From NCBI GenBank assembly GCA_021613535.1, contig CP075496.1, positions 12,090,001-12,154,000 of the forward strand: a stretch of 64,000 nucleotides of DNA, in the 5' to 3' direction. The DNA is from Adineta vaga (taxonomy: Eukaryota; Animalia; Rotifera). Position numbers and translations under genes: made by a program. The notes beneath the pieces are model-generated. The model did no database searches and was not told the origin of the DNA. It saw only the letters and a program-made list of their open reading frames with translations. Numbering within the stretch: position 1 is the stretch's first letter; each line of letters opens with the position of its first letter. This document shows positions 14,601-27,404 of the stretch, piece after piece.

Positions 14601-16286
14601 ATGAGCTACTATCATTATTCGACCATTCTTATTATCATTATCGTTCTCGTCATTCATTTGACATTTGCATGGACACCACCATCGTCTATAAAGGATAAAC
14701 TATTATCAAAAAAGAATGACACTTCATTACATATTCATCATCGATTACCCATTCAAACAAATAAATTACGAAATCTTTCGACATTAATTCATCATCGTTT
14801 CAAACCATCCGATGATGAAAATGACATATCTAACGATGAAACAGAAGATCATCATAAAGATGATTCTTCATCGAAAGATTCTACCACAGCAAATGTTGTT
14901 GTTCTAACATCACTCTCAGGTGTTTATATTTGGTGGCCAATCTTATTTGGTGGTGATGATTCATTTCATCTTTTACTTTCACAAGAAGATGTTCCACGTT
15001 TTCATGATGTGACAGGTGATGAACATGGTAATATCTATTTAACAGCGCCACATGAACGCACTATTTATCGTTTGCAATACGCAGACGGTTGGTGGATATC
15101 AAATTTTTCTAACCATTCATTAATGAATTCAATTCGTAGTGAAATGCCATTATTTGTTAATATACATCAAGTCTCATCAATGCTCTATGTTTATGGTCAT
15201 TCAGATATTCAAACTATTGATTTATTACAACGACCACGTGCTCGTGGTTCAGCACCATTTATGAAACGTTTACGTGAATTAAGTCCAAATCTACGTATAA
15301 GTGATTTAATTATTGATCAATTAACATCGGATGGTTATGTTATTGGTGATTCCTATGGTTGGTGTACAGTTATTCGTTGTTCGTTAAGTGTTAATGAATG
15401 TTCTTTTCTATTTAAAATTCCTTCATCATACGATAATCGACCCTATCCATGTACAGCAACAATTGATTTCTCTACAAAAATTATTTATTTAAGTTTAGAA
15501 GAGAAAATTCTTGCTGTTCATCTCAATGAACAAACGAATTACGATCGACGATTTACTTTAACGGAAAAACGTGGACCACGTTCTACATTAGGTTATGACG
15601 ATATTATTACATATAACAGTACGATACTTTATACAGATGTTCTTCGTCCACTTCTACATATTTGTACATCAATAAATTTCAATCCATGTTTTAATATCTC
15701 ATTAACATTTTCTCCACCACAACGAACAATATTACCACTTCGTTTAAGTATTATTCAAGCACCTAATTTTCGTCCACCTGTATTTGATGAAGAGGATGGT
15801 GATGATGAAAATGGAACTCATTCAGATCTATCCCCATCATCTTTACTTGTTCAAAACATAACTTCCGATATGCAACCTTTAATTGCTGATAAAAACATAT
15901 CCAAAGTTCGACCTACTAATCTAAGCAGTATATGGATGCTTTTACTTGGTATTTGTATTGGTTTACTTCTTGCTGGTCTATCATTTATGATCTATTATGT
16001 TATATGGAATAAAAATCGACCAAAAATAAAACAATCCTCCATATCATCAACAAAAGTCATATCAACATCATCCATGAAAAGAATTATTCTTGCTGATACT
16101 CCACCACTTATAAACAGTCGAAAAAATCGAAATGGATCGAAAAGTAAAAACTCAACTCAACCATCGACTGATTCGACATCAAGTCATTTGATCGAATCTG
16201 CAACGTATTCAAGTACGAATGGTTCAAGTGAATGGACAACAGTTACAACTAGTTCATTGAGTTATCACCCAGAAATTGTTCTTTAG
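14601..16286 (+). CDS. Intronless single-pass type I membrane protein with a probable degenerate YWTD-like beta-propeller ectodomain
   Basis: 561-aa ORF with a signal peptide (ILIIIIVLVIHLTFA), recurring NIYLT/MLYVY/IIYLS/ILYTD strands, RCSLSVNEC, a TM helix (IWMLLLGICIGLLLAGLSFMIYYVIW) followed by basic residues, and a Ser/Thr-rich tail. The fold is inference. Confidence 0.75.
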   Translation: MSYYHYSTILIIIIVLVIHLTFAWTPPSSIKDKLLSKKNDTSLHIHHRLPIQTNKLRNLSTLIHHRFKPSDDENDISNDETEDHHKDDSSSKDSTTANVVVLTSLSGVYIWWPILFGGDDSFHLLLSQEDVPRFHDVTGDEHGNIYLTAPHERTIYRLQYADGWWISNFSNHSLMNSIRSEMPLFVNIHQVSSMLYVYGHSDIQTIDLLQRPRARGSAPFMKRLRELSPNLRISDLIIDQLTSDGYVIGDSYGWCTVIRCSLSVNECSFLFKIPSSYDNRPYPCTATIDFSTKIIYLSLEEKILAVHLNEQTNYDRRFTLTEKRGPRSTLGYDDIITYNSTILYTDVLRPLLHICTSINFNPCFNISLTFSPPQRTILPLRLSIIQAPNFRPPVFDEEDGDDENGTHSDLSPSSLLVQNITSDMQPLIADKNISKVRPTNLSSIWMLLLGICIGLLLAGLSFMIYYVIWNKNRPKIKQSSISSTKVISTSSMKRIILADTPPLINSRKNRNGSKSKNSTQPSTDSTSSHLIESATYSSTNGSSEWTTVTTSSLSYHPEIVL

Positions 16287-16571
16287 AAAATGTTTCATTG
16301 TTTATTATTATTTTTTTATTATTTTCATTCAATTTTTTTTTCTTCAACACTTCTTATTCTCGATGACGTTTTTCTTTCTTTTCTTTCTCTATGTTGAATT
16401 ATTTTTATTCTCTAGTAGAAAAAAAACGTTGTTTTATAATACATATACCTTTGATTGAAGTATATCTTATGAAGTGAAATGAAAAATAACATACTTATCA
16501 CACAAAAGAAAGTCAAAGAAAAACCTTGAATTCATGGATAAAAACTTGTCACAACTTTTTTTTCTTTCTAA

Positions 16572-16727
16572 TCACATTTCTTTGTTATCACACTGGCGAT
16601 GAAATTTCGATAGTGGTGGTGGTGGTTTATAACAAGATCCAACAGTTAATTTAAACATAAGATAAATAGTTCCAATAAGAAACAAACCAATAAGCACAAA
16701 GATCGACGAATCGATTGATTCAGACAT
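16572..16727 (-). CDS. Putative 51-aa single-pass membrane microprotein
   Basis: MSESIDSSIFVLIGLFLIGTIYLMFKLTVGSCYKPPPPLSKFHRQCDNKEM*. A splice acceptor (ctttttctcttccag) lies ~30 nt upstream of the ATG. Confidence 0.5.
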   Translation of the reverse strand: MSESIDSSIFVLIGLFLIGTIYLMFKLTVGSCYKPPPPLSKFHRQCDNKEM

Positions 16728-16908
16728 ACGAAGATAATAATTTCGTTTTGTTTTTATTCTGGAAGAGAAAAAGCTAAGTTTTTTTTTTAATAACACAACC
16801 CCTAACAAAATAAGAAATCATTTCTCTCTAAAGGTTAGCACAAATGTAAATAAAAAAAATGTTAAATTTTTGAGATTAACAAAGATAGTAAACATTAAAA
16901 CATGTGTT

Positions 16909-19900
16909 CTATGCATTTGATTTCGATGTATTGGATACTTTGTAGAATTCATTGAAATTTAATCGAAAACTTAATGAACGTAATGTTATATCAGGATGAG
17001 ATTTTAATTGTTGAAGAAATTTAAGTACAGCATCCTAAAATTATACAAAGACATTGTTGATATGTTTTCATATTAAGTTTGTTTTCTTATTCATACTCGA
17101 AATGCTTTCTTAACAATTAATAAATCGCTTTTAGTCGTTTTTAATTGTGGTTTAAAAACCGTATGAAATCTTCGAACTTCCGCATCCTAAAATTACGAAA
17201 TATTCAAAGCAATGGAGAAAATGAAAAAAAATTCTTTACCGATTCATTATTTTTCGTATAAGTTCCATGCTTTTGTTGTTTTTCATAAGGTTTTCTTGCT
17301 GCCAATTCACTTTCTACACATTGAATTAAACGCTGAATAATCGAACCAAAATTTAATATTAAATCAAATATACAACGTAATTGTTTAGCTAATTCTTGAC
17401 TTGTTTCATGTCCATCAAGATGAAGACGTGTTAAAATTTTCAATAAAGAATCATCATGTGCTTCAAGAATTTGTTCTAAATCTTTTGCTTCCATTAATTT
17501 ACTTAATAAATCACTCCATGAACATTCGAGAACTTCAAACATTATATAATAATTAACACTTTGAACAAATTTCGTCATTTCATTCGACATTGTAAAACAT
17601 GCATGTATCATATCGGAGATTTCTAAATGAAAAAATTCTCATTTTTAAAAATAAATTAAAATAAAATTGTCTTTTAACCTGGAATAGAGGCAAATTCTCT
17701 TGATGATTTCATTAATTGTTTCCATACACCACATGTCGTATATTCCATACGTTTTACACGCCATAAATGATTGAATATTCTCATATATCTTAATGAATTT
17801 TCTTCGGTAAATATTGTACGTAATGGACCATCAAATTTATAATCTAAACAACAAACATCCCAACCAAGTTCTGATGGTGAAACGTACATTAAACGTAAAT
17901 CAAGACGTTTGATAATATCTTCATTCTCATATTGAGCATTGGTAACACGTATTGCTGCATCCATTAATGATTGAAGATTATGATAAAAAACTTGATTAGC
18001 AGCTTTATTTAATTCATTTTCCATTAAATCCATAAGATATTTGATAAAATCACCTTGACCTAATAATAAATAACGTTTTATTGCTTTGAAATGATCCATC
18101 ATTTGATATTTATCATCAAGAATTGAACGAAGATAACGTGTTGTATCATTATAAACTGAAATAATCATATCTTGAAATTCTGTTGAACGTTGTTGTTGAA
18201 ATAAACTTTCAGCTAAATGAAAAGCAAACTTAACATAGATTTCTTTTGAATTCATGTAACTTACATGATGCCGGTGTCTTCAAGATTTGTAACATCGTTC
18301 GATCTTTACATACAACACGTAAAAAATTAATTGATTTTCCTGTAATCCAAATTTTTTTTGCTTGTTCCATTGATATAAACGATGGAACCATGGGTACACG
18401 TAGTGTATATTTATCATACCATAATTTTTCTTCATTAACCATTTTATCTGTTGAAACGAAAAATTCTTGATAAGGATCATTGATTATTCCGTTACATATC
18501 CATTCAACAATCATATCTCGTATTGGTATTGTACAATTATAAAGTAATGGATAAAGTATTGATTGTTGTAAAGGATCACCAGTTGGCTATGCATATAAAG
18601 TATCGAAAGAAGTTGTCCACCTTTTTTACCTAAATAGTTCAAATAAAAAGAAGAAAAAGTTTTTGTTTGATTTCCTCATGTATTCATACCGTGACATGTA
18701 TCAGCAACAGCTGCAAGACATTTTAAACGTTGAATTGGTGTACATAACCAAACATGAAGTTTTTTTAATGATACCAAACCAGGAGTATTTGCCTATAGAT
18801 TGAAAACAATATAAATAGTAATTAAAGAAAATATACTGGATTTTACTTGTTGTTCAATAACAGAAATAAGTCGATGATATTCACGTAATTCACTTGATAG
18901 ATTTGCAATAAATGCTTGAGCAACAAGACTTGTTGTTGGTGTATTGATAATCTTTCGAATTTTTTCATATAACCATCCACATTCAAGAAAACGAGTAATT
19001 AATGAACGTGTACATCGATCAATATTCGTATCATTTGCTGATAAACGTGGTGTTTCAATACCTTGCATACCAAATAAAAGTTCACGTACAATACGTGATT
19101 CATCATTATCTCGTTTGACACTTGAGAGTGTTTCTAGTTCATTATTTGTATTGTTCATTGTTAATTGATGATGATTAGTTGTTGTTAAAGCCGTTTCATT
19201 ACCATTTGTATAATGAAGAAGTTTTTGCAATGATGTAGATGATTTTATATGAGATGAATTATGAGAGAAACCATTCTCTTTACCATTGGATGAGCCTTGT
19301 TGAGTAGCAAGAAGAGAAAATGATGGAATGTCAAAACTACTAGCTGAAGATGTTGGCAATGGTCGACTTATTGAATCATGATAACGTTCTGTTGAAGCTG
19401 TATCAGCTAATGCATAGAGAAATTGTAGTGTTTCAAGACGAACTTTTAAAACTTTCTAAATACCAAAACAAACATTTCCACTAAATAAAAGCCTGTTGTA
19501 TCAAACTGAGAAATAATACTAATGAATCGTTTTTTTCCTCTCTAGTTTACATTGAAACATATCTCTTGAGATTACATGTTCTGTTCAGAATATCAAAAGT
19601 TTATTCCATATGGAAATTATCCAAGGAAAACTTACCAGTTTATTCAATCGAGCATATACTTGTCCAAAACGAAGCATTTCTTGATTTCGTCCATACTTTT
19701 GAACTAAAACAAGATAGATCAACAATAAATAAACACAATGATCAACTTCAAACTATTTCTTATTACAATGTTTCCAAATTTTGTCAAGTAGTCGAATATC
19801 ATCTTGATAAGTTGTTCCATGTTCACTAAAATGATTCATACAAATAAATATCATAACAATCATCAGATTCGAAATTTGTTTTCGCTTACGAATGTAATAA

Positions 19901-20050
19901 ATGTGAAACTGTATTTACAGTTTTGTCCAAATTATCTATAGAGTTATAAATACGAATAAAATTCAATTGAATCTTTCAAATTCTACCTGGTTTATTATCA
20001 CAATAACAGAGACATAAATTTTTGATTAATGCTATTTGTGAACCAGCCAT
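16909..20050 (-). CDS. TUBGCP3: Gamma-tubulin complex component 3 (GCP3/Spc98), multi-exon
   Basis: RELLFGMQGI, SLVAQAF..LSSELREYHRLIS, WICNGIINDPYQEFF, LWYDKYTLR, IWITGKSINFLR, RYLLLGQGDFI, GWDVCCLDY, YYIMFEVLECSW and C-terminal SLSFRLNFNEFY. ATG at 20050, TAG at 16909-16911. Confidence 0.93.
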
Positions 20051-20466
20051 CGTTGCTGGATGACGAAGAACTAAACTACACTATACAACACTCGGTAGTA
20101 TATCATACTTGACAAACACAGTAATGACTCATCAATTCAACTATGATTAGTCATCGATATCAGACGAGAATATATAATTAATGATTTCTCTATTTTTCCA
20201 TTGTCTATTCGTATATTTTTCTGATGATGAATATTTTGTATTCAAAAGCCATCTTTATATTTGCCTAGTTTTTGATTGGTTACAAGTCATCATGACTCAT
20301 TGTTGATTGTTTGATGATGACGATCGACCAACTTCTTCTCTTTTCTTTTCCCTTTTCTTGCGTTTCATTCTGTTTTAAGTCGCTTTTGACTTTGTTCATA
20401 AAAATAACCATATTCCATAGTAAAACTATTCATTTCTTTTCATTTTTAGAAAAAGATAGTGAAACT
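20051..20466. promoter_or_regulatory. Putative bidirectional promoter between TUBGCP3 and ALIX
   Basis: ~416 bp separates divergent start codons. It contains two ATGACTCAT (AP-1/bZIP) sites at 20124-20132 and 20292-20300 and an ATTGG (reverse CCAAT) near 20276. Confidence 0.5.
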
Positions 20467-23400
20467 ATGACTTCGAATCCGAATCAATTTCTTACTGTAC
20501 CAGCTAAAAAAGCTTTTGATGTTAATGTTTCAACACCTATAAAAAATTTCATTAAAGCAACATTTGGTGATAAAGAAGATTATTCTGCTTCTGTTGATGG
20601 TTTGAATTCTCTTCGTGCTGAAGCATTACTACGAAGTAATTATAAAGATGATTGTTCAAAATTACTTAGGTAAGATATCGAACTATTTCTTTCGATTTAA
20701 TCAACTCAACTTTTCTCTCTTTCACTCTCACCAGATATTACGATCAAATATGTGCAATCGAACATAAATTGCCAATAACAGAAAATCAAATTCGAATTTA
20801 TTTTAAATGGCAAGATGGATTTGTTAGCGGTGGAAGTTTATTTGGTAGTAAACAAAAATCCAATGGTTCATGGAAATTAGCCTACGAAAAAGCATGTGTT
20901 CTTTTCAATATTGGACATGCATATAGTGAATTAGCTTTGGCACAAAATTTATCCATCGATGAACAAATGAAAACTGCATTGAAATATTTTCAATTAGCAT
21001 CGGGTGTTTTCTCGTTTTTGAAAGATTATGTTAATGCCAATTCTTTATCAGATCTTTCGGTTGATTTTGAACCAGCTGTTTTAGCAAGTATGTCATGGTT
21101 AATGTTAGGACAAGCTGCAGAACTTATTTTTATCAAATCGGCTAGTCTAAAAGGTAGGAAAATAGAATATTCATGTCATGAAAATATGTATTCTCGCTTT
21201 TATTTAGATGATATTGCTGCCAGAGTTGCCGCACATGCAGGAGATTGTTACAAAGAAGCTTATACATCATCAAAAACCGAAAGTGCAAAGAAAATTATTC
21301 CAGAGGTAGGTGATACTTTTCGAAAGAGTTCATAACAATTAGAAGGTAATTAATATATTTATATTGTTCCATTTAGAATTATATTAACATTATGTCTGTT
21401 AAACATTTATTATTTCAATCAAAAGCTGAATATCACGCGGGAAATCAAGCCCAAATTGATAGAAAATATGGTCTTAAAGTAGCGCGTTATGATGTAAGTT
21501 AAATAATTATGTTAATAATCAAATAAATATTTGTTTTGTTTTTTCAAATTAGCATGCAAAAGAATTTGCTGATCAAGCTGTTAGTAAATGTACAACGGCG
21601 GCTTTTACACCAGCATTACGTGCAAATCAAGATGAAATTATGAAAGCAGTTACCGCTGCTCGAAAAGATAATGATTTTGTTTATCATGAACGTGTACCGG
21701 ATGTGAAAACACTTGAAATGATTACAGCACAACCCATTGCAAAACCATTACCAGTGACATTTCCGATTACACCTGATTTTAGAGGTAATTCTTTCGTTAA
21801 ATTTTCGTTGTTTTGTTTTTGTCATGAAAATGAAATGCTTTGGGATTATTTTAGATTTATTTGCATCACTTGTTCCAATTGCATTGAATAATGCATTAGG
21901 AGCATTTAGTTCTAAACGAGTAGAAATCATGAACATTGAAATTAATCGTCTTCGAGAAGCAACAAATGTTCTTAATTCGTATGTTGAACTTCACTTTTGT
22001 TTAGTTATCTATTATTCGTTCTTTTTTCAGCTTTTTGGCTTCGGTTAATTTACCAGCTGCAATTGAAGATAATGGTGGTCGTCAAGTTCCTCCATCAGTT
22101 CTGGAAAAATCCAATGAAATCAAACGACAAGGTGGTATTAGTGCATTAGATAAAATGATTAGTGATCTGCCTGAATCATTACAACGAAATAAGGAAATTC
22201 TTGATGAAGTACAGTTTACTTGAATCTTTTTGTTTTATATTGATTATTTCTTTTTGTTTTTAGACAAATCGTATGTTAGATGATGAAGAACGTGGTGATA
22301 CTGAATTACGTAATCAATTTAAAGAACGTTGGACACGTACAGTTTCATCAACATTAACTGTTCCATTACGTGAAGAAGCAAAGAAATATATGGATATTAT
22401 TCAGAATGCAATCAATGCTGATAAAGTTGTTCAAGAAAAATATCGAATGAACCGTGATTGTATTGTGTTACTTAGTAAACAAACGGTAAGGATGTAATTG
22501 AAACTAAATTAAAATCTTATTGAATTTTGTTGTAGCATGAAATTGCCGACGAACTTCCATCAGCAACTGCTGCTGGTGCACTACGTGATTCGTTTGTTGT
22601 ACGTGAATTACGTCGTTTAATGGAGGATGTTGCTGCAATTAAAGCTGAACGTGAAGTGATTGAATCAGAATTAAAAAATACTGATTCAGATGGTGTTCGT
22701 GCACGTTTAATTGGCGCATTTCAACAAGGATCTCATAATGATGAAAACAGTGTTGTTGTACATGAAATTGAATCAATCTATACACCATTGCGACAACAAG
22801 TAGCAGAAAGTGTATCGAAACAAGAACATTTAGTTGAAAATGTTCGTCGTGCAAATCAACAATTTCAAAATGAAAAACAAGGAAATGCATCATCAGAAAT
22901 GCGGGAAGAAATGTTAAAGAATTTAGCACGAGCATTTGATGCTTATCAAGAATTATTAAGTAATCTTAAAGAAGGAACAAAAGTTAGTAGAAAAATTTTC
23001 AAGTCAAAGAATATTTCTCATTTCGAATTGTTGTTTTTAGTTTTATAATGATCTGACACCATTATTACTCAAATTTCAAAATAAAGTATCTGATTTTGTC
23101 TTTGCCCGTAAAACGGAAAAAGAAGATTTAATGAAAGATATACAACGTGGCATTGTTGGTGGAAATCAACCAACAACTACAACAACAACAACAACACAAC
23201 AAAGTGGTACGAAAAATAGATTGATTCAAAAGTAAAAGATCTAATTTATTTGATTTTGATAGGAAGTAATCCATATGCAGCTAGTGCTGCTCCACCTTAT
23301 CCTCAATCACAACAACCATCAGCTCCACCCACTGGTGGTCCACCACCAACGACAACACCTGGTAAACAAACACATATAAAGAAATAAGATATATTCAATA

Positions 23401-23727
23401 TTATTGTTCTTTGTTTTTTGTCTAGACGGTTCTGCATTACCATATCCAGGTGCGTATATGCAACCATTCTTTCCTATGCCACCCGGTTATAATCCATACA
23501 ATCCATTCTTTAATATGGGTAAGATTTATTATGCAGAAACAAATTTGCTTAGTTATCTTTCATTTTGATTATTCTAGCGGCACCAGCATATCCAATGGCA
23601 GGAGCACCTCAATATCCACAACAAGGTAATCTTGATTCTGAAGAATTCTTACGTTAACTAATGCCTATCTTTATTTTCAGGTTATGGCGTTGAAAAACCT
23701 CAATCTGCTAGTGGAAAAAAGAAATGA
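20467..23727 (+). CDS. PDCD6IP: ALIX / programmed cell death 6-interacting protein (BRO1 + V domain + Pro-rich tail), multi-exon
   Basis: [91 protein letters not shown], and a [13 protein letters not shown] tail. Confidence 0.95.
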
Positions 23728-24194
23728 TAGATTATATCTGTAAAAAAAAACTTTTTTTGTCGTATTCTTCAACATTGTCTTGTATGATCGAATGAAATCA
23801 TTCTTGTCCTCTCTATCACTTTATTTCTCACTGCTTAGTCGAGCTGCTTTTTTTCTTCTTCTTCACATATACATACATATATTTAATTCCGGTGTTTTCA
23901 TCTCTCAACAACAAACTCATTGTATTCTGCTGCTTGATGTTCGATTCTGTATTAGTACATATTTTCCCATCAATCTCATCATCTCTTCGTCTTTTTTGTT
24001 GTTGTTGATGTTCTTTTATGCTCTACGTATTCTTCTCTGTGTTAACAAAACGAAACATTCTAATAGAAAAAAAAAAAAACAAAGCTTGCACAACATAAAA
24101 CATGTCATTCAAATTTTATTATATCTTGAAACAAGTCTTTTTTTTTGAATTATAGAGTAAGTAAAACAATCTTTTATCTAAGACATCCTCGAAT

Positions 24195-25031
24195 TTATTT
24201 CTTCTTTTTGACAATCTTTGTTTGGTTGATTTGTACAGATGGAGATTGAAACGTATTATTCATCGAAAAAGATGGATGAATTTCTCTGATATGTGTCGGC
24301 AGAGATCTACTGAACGAAAGACCCCAATCATGTTCTATACGTTTCGTAAACTTAATACGAGTTTCACCACCGGAAAGCACTTGAATTTGTTTGGGATCTG
24401 GTTGATTGTCTAGTTTAACTACTGTAACAGCTGATAGATATTCATCCAAATTATGGGCACTAATGAATGGTTTGATTTGATTAACTGCACATATTTCGTG
24501 CCAAATCGTTAATCGTCATCTGTGATCTATACGAGGATCGATCACACGATGAATACCAGCTTTATATTGATTATTTGAAAGTATACTTGCTGCTTCACCT
24601 AACCAAATAATACCAAGGCTTGCTTGATCTAGCTGAGAATTATCTGAACCATCAATCCATTTATTTTCACGTTGATCTTTTAATTCTAGGCAATTTACTT
24701 AAAGAGAATAAGCCAGGATTAAAATGTGGTACACAATTGACTTCATCTGTATGAAAACTGATTTCAGGTACTTGTTTAGGTCCAATTTTCTCATTATAAT
24801 AATGTACAGTGTCAACCATAGCAAGATCGGAAATTTCAATTTCTTTCTTAAGGATCCGTTTCAAATAAAAAGTTAATTTACTGATCAATTGATTAATATA
24901 TTGTAATGTAACGTTGATATTTACTGATAAATGGTATGGAACAATAGGATTACCTTGTTGATTAGTTAATATTTCAATATCTTCTCTATAACCAACAAAT
25001 GAATAACGACTTGATTATTGAATTGAGTTGC
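24195..25031 (-). pseudogene. Isopenicillin-N-synthase-like 2OG-Fe(II) oxygenase pseudogene
   Basis: PHFNPGLFSLS (HxD changed to HxN), a frameshift near 24690 into LELKDQRENKWIDG, IIWLGEAA..LSNNQYKAGIHRV, an in-frame TGA at 24516-24518, then RLTIWHEIC. Confidence 0.75.
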
Positions 25032-25454
25032 TATTGCAAAATAAAGTGTTTAGTGAAAATCGAACAGAAAGTGAATAAAACTGAAATCTAGATGCAAGCT
25101 CATTTTAAAGGATATGTTATTGTTCAATCATTCATGTCAAAAATGAATCATCTAGCTGTTTGCTGATGTGTTGGCTACTCTACTCTGCAGAATGTCGAAA
25201 TATAGAAGCATTTGAATATAATTAGAAGCCTATCCAATGTATACATAAGACCGATACTGCGCGACATCGTATTCTAATATTTTCATTCTTTTTAAAGGAA
25301 AGCGAATTGGCCGATTCTATGATTATATCGGGATCGGGAGTATAAAATCGAATGTACGTTACCTATCTATCTTTTGTACTCAAAATTACACTTGTTCTTG
25401 TTTTTTTCTTTCTCTTCTAGATTTGTACTTTGGATTACTATATTTCCATTCACA

Positions 25455-27404
25455 ATGGTAACTGAATTTGCTAATCAAATCAACAAAGAATTGAAAAGTC
25501 TTTTACCTAATACTACCAATAAAAGTGTTCTAGTTGTTATTAATGATGTGGAACAGTAAGTTTACTATATTGTTTCATAGAATATACTTATTCATATATT
25601 TTGTTTAGGCCAAAATCATATACAAAATTACTAACAGATACAGAGCAATTGATTCTATTCACTGAATCATCCGATACTTATAAACAATTGGATGAAGATA
25701 TGAAAAGTTCATCAAAATCACCTGTACTGAATTGTGCAAATTTTAATAATGCTGAATTACAAAATAATTTGTAAGTACTTTCATTTAATAAGAATATGTA
25801 AGACGTTTATTGAATTCCAGATTCGATGTATGTCTTCTTATCAAGTCATTTAATCGTTTGAATGTTAATAATAAAGAAAAATTATTGAAAAATCTCTTAT
25901 CAACACTTAAAACTGATGGTCAAGTATTTGTTTATGAAAGTGAATGGACAAAAGACAAAGGTGTGCATCAAATTTTTTATAGAATATTCAATTCTATCAT
26001 CGCTTTTTTTTCTTTCTTCAGAATATCATTCTAGTAATCCAGTTGATGTTATTAATCATTTTCATTCTGTTTCGATAACTACTGAAAAGGAAAGATATGG
26101 TTTTGAATTAGTTTTTGCTCGACCATTACGTAGTTATGTTGAAGTAATTGGAAAAATGTTTCTGAAAGTTGTCAATGAATTGCGGATTGTGTATTCTTTA
26201 GGAAAAACAAGAATCATTCCATCTATGTTATGTTTTCAAGAAAATTACGAAACTAAATGATCATTCAACATTCCAAGATTTTCTTGATCAACAACAATAT
26301 TCTACAAATGGTGTTTTACGTTATGAGAAAATTTTCGGTCCCGGCTTTGTTTCGACAGGTGGTTTAGATACAACAAAAGTTTGTTGAAATGACTAAATAA
26401 ATATGCACTTGTAAAACGTTTCATGATTTCGACGTTTTTTTTCTCTTAGGAATTTGTTGAATCATTGAATCTTAAAAATGGTCAAACTGTTTTGGATGTC
26501 GGTTGTGGTATTGGTGGAGGTGATATTTACATGGCTAAGGTATACATTTCTCTAAATCAATCGAAGATATAGCAGTTTGTTTTTTCCTTCTAATACAAAG
26601 ACATATGGTTGTTCGGTGGTTGGTGTTGATCTATCTACGAATATGGTCAGTATTGCTTATGAACGATTGATGGATATGACAACAAGTAAATTGAAAGTAA
26701 ATTTGATTGATCAGGTCATTTTTTTATAATCGATCGATATTAAAAATGTTTATTTAGGTATCTTTCGAAATTGGCGATGTAATGCATCATGAATATGAGC
26801 CTAATTCATTTGATGTTATCTATAGTCGCGATACAATTTTACATATTGCCGATAAGATGAGTTTATTTTCTCGTCTTTATGTAAGATAAATGAATTCTGT
26901 TCTTTTGACAAAAACAAAACTTATCATAATTCTTTCGTAGAGTTGGTTAAAACCCGGTGGTCAATTATTTATCAGTGATTATACTTGTGCACCAAAAGAT
27001 CAATGGTCAAAAGAATATGAAGAATATGTCAATCAACGACGATATACATTATTAACAGTATCTGAATATGGCAAAGTAAAAAGAATCAAAAAATGAAATG
27101 AATTTTTAGTTTTATTTTATTCTATTAGCTCTTGGAAAGTGTTGGTTTCAAAGATGTCGATGCTCAAGATGCAACCAAGAAATTTGTTGAATGTTTAAAC
27201 ATGGAATTGAAACGCATCGAAGCAAATAAAGATGATTTTATTCAAGTATGTCTTTTATATTTATTCTCTGATTTCATTTCATCTTTGCTTTCATAGGAAT
27301 TCTCCAAAGATGATTATGAACATTTAATCGAAGGTTGGCATAGTAAACTTGAACGATGTGCGAAAGGTGATCAACGTTGGGGAGTTTTTCATGCAAGAAA
27401 ATAA
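25455..27404 (+). CDS. Phosphoethanolamine N-methyltransferase (intact C-terminal MT domain, degenerate N-terminal domain), multi-exon
   Basis: [76 protein letters not shown] and [12 protein letters not shown] are hallmark PEAMT/PMT motifs. Confidence 0.92.

Noticed and set aside
23780-24148. 122-aa hydrophobic ORF after ALIX
   Set aside because: T-rich 3' UTR sequence with a non-ATG start; the hydrophobicity is compositional.
24516-24518. In-frame TGA as possible selenocysteine or readthrough
   Set aside because: The same gene also has a frameshift and a lost metal ligand, the position is non-catalytic, and no SECIS was recognised.
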